Assembly (NCBI GenBank): GCA_964532485.1
Contig: CAZHKE010000004.1
Span: 15,501-79,500, forward strand
DNA length: 64,000 nucleotides
Direction: 5' to 3'
Source: an uncultured Bifidobacteriaceae bacterium
Lineage (GTDB): Bacteria; Actinomycetota; Acidimicrobiia; IMCC26256; PALSA-555
The notes under the pieces: generated by a model
Databases searched by the model: none
What the model was told of the DNA's origin: nothing
Seen by the model: the letters and a program-made list of their open reading frames with translations, nothing else
Program-made: the position numbers and the translations under genes
Shown here: piece by piece, positions 60,686 to 64,000 of the stretch
Position numbering within the stretch: position 1 is the first letter of the stretch
Layout of the letters: each line of letters starts with the position of its first letter

Positions 60686-61924
60686 ATGGACTCAGCGGCG
60701 ACCGACGCCGTGCGCTACGACCCGATGGAGCCGGCCCAGGCCGCAGACCCGTACCCGCGGTACGCCGCGCTGCGGCGCGAGTGCCCGGTCTCGGAGACGA
60801 TGTCGGTGTTCGCCTTCCTGGCGCGCCACGACGACTGCACCAGGGTGCTGCGCGATGCCTCGACGTTCTCCAGCGCGCTGGGGATGAGGATCCACGGCCA
60901 GGAGCTCGACGAGGCCGACCAGACGATCAACGAGATCGACGCGCCGCGCCACACCAAGATCCGCCGGCTGCTCGTGTCCGCATTCAGCCCCGCGTCGGTC
61001 GACGCGATCGAGCCGTCGGTCGTGGAGCTCGCGGGGCGACTGGTCGACGGCTTCGCCGCACTCGGCGGCGTCGACCTCGTGGAGGCGCTCACCGTGCCGT
61101 TGCCGATCACGGTGGTGGCGACGATGCTCGGGATCCCGCCCGAGGACCGTGGCGACTTCAAGCGCTGGAGCGACGACATCATGATCAACGGCGTCTACGG
61201 ACGCGACCGGATCGCGACGCTGCCCGAGTTCCACGCGTACCTCGACGAGCGGATCGCCGCGAGGATCGAAGCCGCAGACCCACCCGACGACCTCATCACC
61301 CGCCTCGTGCGCGCCGAGGTGGACGGTGCGCGGCTGTCGAGCCGAGAGATCCGGACCCAGGTGCGCTTCCTCGTGATGGCCGGCAACGAGACGACGACGA
61401 ACCTGATCGGAAACGCGGTGCACGAGGTGCTCCGCCGCCCGGGTCTCTGGCGGAGGCTGCGCGACGACCGCAGCCTCGTGCCCGCCGCGATCGAGGAGAC
61501 GCTGCGCTACAACGCTCCCGTCCAGTTCATACCGCGGACCTGCACCACCGCGACCGAGCTGTCGGGCACCGAGATCCCGCCCGGGCAACGAGTGCTCGTC
61601 GGGCTCGGGTCCGCCAATCGTGACGAGTCGGTGTTCGCCGACGCCGACGAGTTCTCGGTCGACCGCGGCACCGATCTGCCACACCTGACCTTCGGGCTGG
61701 GCCCGCACTTCTGTGTGGGTGCCGCGCTCGCGCGCATGGAGGCTCGCGTTGCGCTCGATCAGCTGCTCGACCGCTTCCCCGACCTCGACCTCGCGCCGGG
61801 CTTCGAGTACGAGAAGGCGCCGATGATCATGGTGCGGGGACCGAAGCGGCTCGACGTCCGCTTCACGCCCGACCCCGGACCCGACCGTGGACCCGGACCC
61901 GAGCATGGAGAGGAGCGAGCCTGA
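60686..61924 (+). CDS. Cytochrome P450
   Basis: The track start TTG 60680 was replaced by ATG 60686, 8 nt after GGGGAG. FGLGPHFCVGAALARME, MAGNETTTN, EETLRYNAPV. Pro/Gly-rich C-terminal tail. Confidence 0.9.
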   Translation: MDSAATDAVRYDPMEPAQAADPYPRYAALRRECPVSETMSVFAFLARHDDCTRVLRDASTFSSALGMRIHGQELDEADQTINEIDAPRHTKIRRLLVSAFSPASVDAIEPSVVELAGRLVDGFAALGGVDLVEALTVPLPITVVATMLGIPPEDRGDFKRWSDDIMINGVYGRDRIATLPEFHAYLDERIAARIEAADPPDDLITRLVRAEVDGARLSSREIRTQVRFLVMAGNETTTNLIGNAVHEVLRRPGLWRRLRDDRSLVPAAIEETLRYNAPVQFIPRTCTTATELSGTEIPPGQRVLVGLGSANRDESVFADADEFSVDRGTDLPHLTFGLGPHFCVGAALARMEARVALDQLLDRFPDLDLAPGFEYEKAPMIMVRGPKRLDVRFTPDPGPDRGPGPEHGEERA

Positions 61925-63045
61925 TGGCCCTCGACCTGATCTCTGTCGACGACCACATCATCGAGCACGCGCGGGTGTGGACCGACCGCCTGCCGGTCAA
62001 GTGGCGCGAGCTGTGCCCGCACGTCGTCGAGGAAGACGGCCGCGAGTTCTGGGTGTACGAGGGCAACCGCTCCGAGACGATGGGCCTGAACGCGGTGGCC
62101 GGGCGCGAGCGCGAGGACTACTCGACCGACCCGGTGCGCTTCGCCGACATGATCCCCGGCTGCTACGACCCGGCGGCCCGGGTCGCCGACATGGATCGTG
62201 ACGGTGTGCGCGCCAGCGTGGGCTTCCCGAGCTTTCCTCGCTTCTGCGGTCAGACGTTCCTGATGGCGGGCACCGACCGCGAGCTCGGACTGTTGTGCGT
62301 GCAGGCCTGGAACGACTTCGTGCTCGACGAATGGTGTGCCGCTGCGCCCGACCGGTTCATCCCGATGGTCATCGGCCCACTGTGGGACCCGGAGGGCATG
62401 GCCGACGAGGTGCGCCGCTGCGCGGCGCGGGGTGCACGCGCGCTGAGCTTCTGTGAGAACCCGGCCAAGATCGGGTTGCCGTCGCTCCACGACGACCATT
62501 GGGACCCGTTGTGGCGCGCCTGCGAGGAGACCGGCACGGTCGTCGCGTTGCACATCGGCACATCGGGCTCGATCCCGGTCACGTCGCCCGACGCGCCGGT
62601 GCCCGTCGGCATCGCGCTCGCGGGCACGCTCGCGCAGGCGGCGTGCACCGACATCATGATGAGCCGTATCCCGTACCACTTCCCGAACCTGCGCTTCGCG
62701 CTGTCGGAGGGTGGGATCGGCTGGGTGCCGTACGCGTTGGAGCGGGCCGACTACACCTGGGAGCGACACCGGTACTGGTCGGGCCTCGGCGACGACCGCA
62801 AGCCGTCCGATGTCTTCCGTGAGTGCATCTGGGTGTGCTTCATCGATGATGTCGCCGGCCTCGAGATGCGCGAGCACATCGGCGTCGACAAGATCATGTG
62901 GGAGTGCGACTACCCGCACTCCGACAGCACATGGCCGCACAGTCAGAAGCGTGCCGCGGAGGTGCTTGCCGGGCTCCCCGACGACGAGGTGGCGGCGATC
63001 ACACACGGGAACGCCGAGCGGCTCTTCCGGTGGGCGGCGACGTGA
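61924..63045 (+). CDS. Amidohydrolase_2 family metal-dependent hydrolase
   Basis: 373 aa. LISVDDHIIEH, MWECDYPHSDSTWP. The start overlaps the P450 stop by 1 nt (TGATG). Confidence 0.85.
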   Translation: MALDLISVDDHIIEHARVWTDRLPVKWRELCPHVVEEDGREFWVYEGNRSETMGLNAVAGREREDYSTDPVRFADMIPGCYDPAARVADMDRDGVRASVGFPSFPRFCGQTFLMAGTDRELGLLCVQAWNDFVLDEWCAAAPDRFIPMVIGPLWDPEGMADEVRRCAARGARALSFCENPAKIGLPSLHDDHWDPLWRACEETGTVVALHIGTSGSIPVTSPDAPVPVGIALAGTLAQAACTDIMMSRIPYHFPNLRFALSEGGIGWVPYALERADYTWERHRYWSGLGDDRKPSDVFRECIWVCFIDDVAGLEMREHIGVDKIMWECDYPHSDSTWPHSQKRAAEVLAGLPDDEVAAITHGNAERLFRWAAT

Positions 63046-64000
63046 GCACGGGCTCCGCCGACCACGACGTGATCGTGGTCGGAGGCGGGATCGCCGGGCT
63101 GGGTGCCGCGCACACCTTGGCACAGCGGGGCGTCGATGTGGTCGTGCTCGAACGCGAGGACGAGGCGGGCGGTCGCATGCGCTCGCGCCAGGCATGGGAC
63201 GACCTGTGGTTCGACCTCGGCGCCGAGCACCTCACGAGCAAGGACACTGCGTTCCTCGGCTACATGCGGCAATACGGGCTGGAGGACCAGAAGGTCACCT
63301 ACCTCGGTACCGACACGGGGATGTCGTTCCAGATCTATCGCGGCGGCCGGTCGTACGAGTTCGACATGGTGCGGCCGACGAAGATTCTTCGATTCGGCGC
63401 GATCTCTCCGCGTGGTCGCCTCCAGATCGTCAAGCTCCTGCCCGCGATGCTCGCCCAGATGCGGCGCAACCGTGGATCGACGTTCGAGCCCTGGCGCGCC
63501 GCGAAGGTCGACGACGAGTCGATGGAGGAATGGGTTGGCCGGCTGGCACCCGAGTTCCTCGAGTACGCGCTCGAGCCGATGTGGGACATCGTCTGCGGGT
63601 GGGACCCGGCCGACATCAGCCGCGGCTTCCTCCTCTACGTCATGACCGCGTACCACCAGAGCACCGGGTTCACGCTGCGCGAGGGCGCAGGCGCGATCAC
63701 GCGTGCGCTCGCGCGCGCGCTCGACGTCCGAACCGGTACCGCCGTCACCCGCGTCGACGTCCACGACCGCACGGTCGACCTCGAGCCGGCCGCGGGCGGG
63801 CCGAGCAGCCGGCTCCGCGCCAAGGCCGTCCTGGTCGCGACCCCCGGTCACGTCGTGCCCGAGCTGGTGAGCGGGCTCGACCCGGAGCGCACGGAGTTCT
63901 TCGCCGGCGTCCGGTACCAGGCCGGTGACAACTGCTTCTTCAAGCTGAGCGACAAGGCCGAGGAGCTCGACCTGCCCACCCGTGGCTTCTACCCACGCAA
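63042..64000 (+). CDS. FAD-dependent oxidoreductase (amine oxidase-like), paralog of 16912..18219. 3' end lies outside the window.
   Basis: Absent from the ORF track because it runs off the right edge. GTG 63042 overlaps the upstream stop (GTGA). My translation: VSTGSADHDVIVVGGGIAGLGAAHTLAQRGVDVVVLEREDEAGGRMRS...EFLEYALEPMWDIVCGWDP, colinear with the 16912 protein. Confidence 0.8.
   Translation, partial: MSTGSADHDVIVVGGGIAGLGAAHTLAQRGVDVVVLEREDEAGGRMRSRQAWDDLWFDLGAEHLTSKDTAFLGYMRQYGLEDQKVTYLGTDTGMSFQIYRGGRSYEFDMVRPTKILRFGAISPRGRLQIVKLLPAMLAQMRRNRGSTFEPWRAAKVDDESMEEWVGRLAPEFLEYALEPMWDIVCGWDPADISRGFLLYVMTAYHQSTGFTLREGAGAITRALARALDVRTGTAVTRVDVHDRTVDLEPAAGGPSSRLRAKAVLVATPGHVVPELVSGLDPERTEFFAGVRYQAGDNCFFKLSDKAEELDLPTRGFYPR

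Noticed and set aside
61863-61921. The repetitive GACCCGGACCCGA-type DNA at the 3' end of P450 60686, as a possible independent repeat element.
   Set aside because: It is in frame and encodes a Pro/Gly/Asp-rich C-terminal tail (PDPGPDRGPGPEHGEERA) running into the next gene's start. It is best explained as a low-complexity linker, not a separate feature.
1-64000. A search for tRNA, rRNA, tmRNA, transposase, integrase or prophage genes, and for large inverted or terminal repeats.
   Set aside because: No non-coding gap exceeds about 200 bp. None of the gaps shows cloverleaf-like or rRNA-like sequence. No ORF has transposase or integrase hallmarks (DDE, or tyrosine-recombinase R..H..R..Y patterns) that I could recognise. 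Despite its mosaic content, the island is not flanked by detectable mobility genes within this window.

Overview
This is a very GC-rich, gene-dense segment with an actinobacterial character. I call about 60 CDS. GTG and TTG starts are frequent, many neighbouring genes overlap by 1-4 nt at start/stop, and several genes look leaderless. I recognised no rRNA, tRNA, CRISPR array, transposase, integrase or phage genes.

The content is a mosaic catabolic island with four parts:
(i) Lipid/terpenoid-type oxidation genes. These comprise 4 cytochrome P450s plus one 3Fe-4S-type ferredoxin, 5 acyl-CoA dehydrogenases (two adjacent pairs), 4 enoyl-CoA hydratases and a double-hotdog hydratase. Also present are a family III CoA-transferase, several SDRs, 2 FAD amine-oxidase-like oxidoreductases and 3 amidohydrolase_2 proteins. 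An epoxide-hydrolase-like alpha/beta hydrolase, a linalool-dehydratase-like membrane protein and one TetR regulator complete the set.
(ii) An unusual concentration of nucleoside/nucleobase enzymes: ribokinase, a divergent adenosine-deaminase-family protein, two Fcy1-type deaminases, upp, AMP nucleosidase, two nucleoside hydrolases, and a tandem pair of short archaeal-type SAH-hydrolase-like genes.
(iii) A Liv-type ABC importer with a LivH-LivM-LivG triple fusion, ending in a BKACE (DUF849) gene.
(iv) The most unusual part: two paralogous modules that combine a PaaK-like adenylate-forming enzyme, a BKACE, and PEP-utilizer swivel-histidine proteins. These swivel-His proteins appear to lack the usual N-terminal ATP-grasp domain. 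There are three paralogs; one is fused to an NAD-epimerase/SDR domain and translationally coupled to a CbbQ/NorQ AAA+ ATPase.

A 17-nt AT-rich box recurs, always in the gene-proximal orientation, in six promoter regions. Further candidate operators, direct repeats and hairpins are listed below.

Many long ORFs in the supplied track are antisense or out-of-frame artefacts of the high GC content and were trimmed or rejected. All functional calls rest on motif recognition by eye and on memory of protein families. No database search or computation was run.
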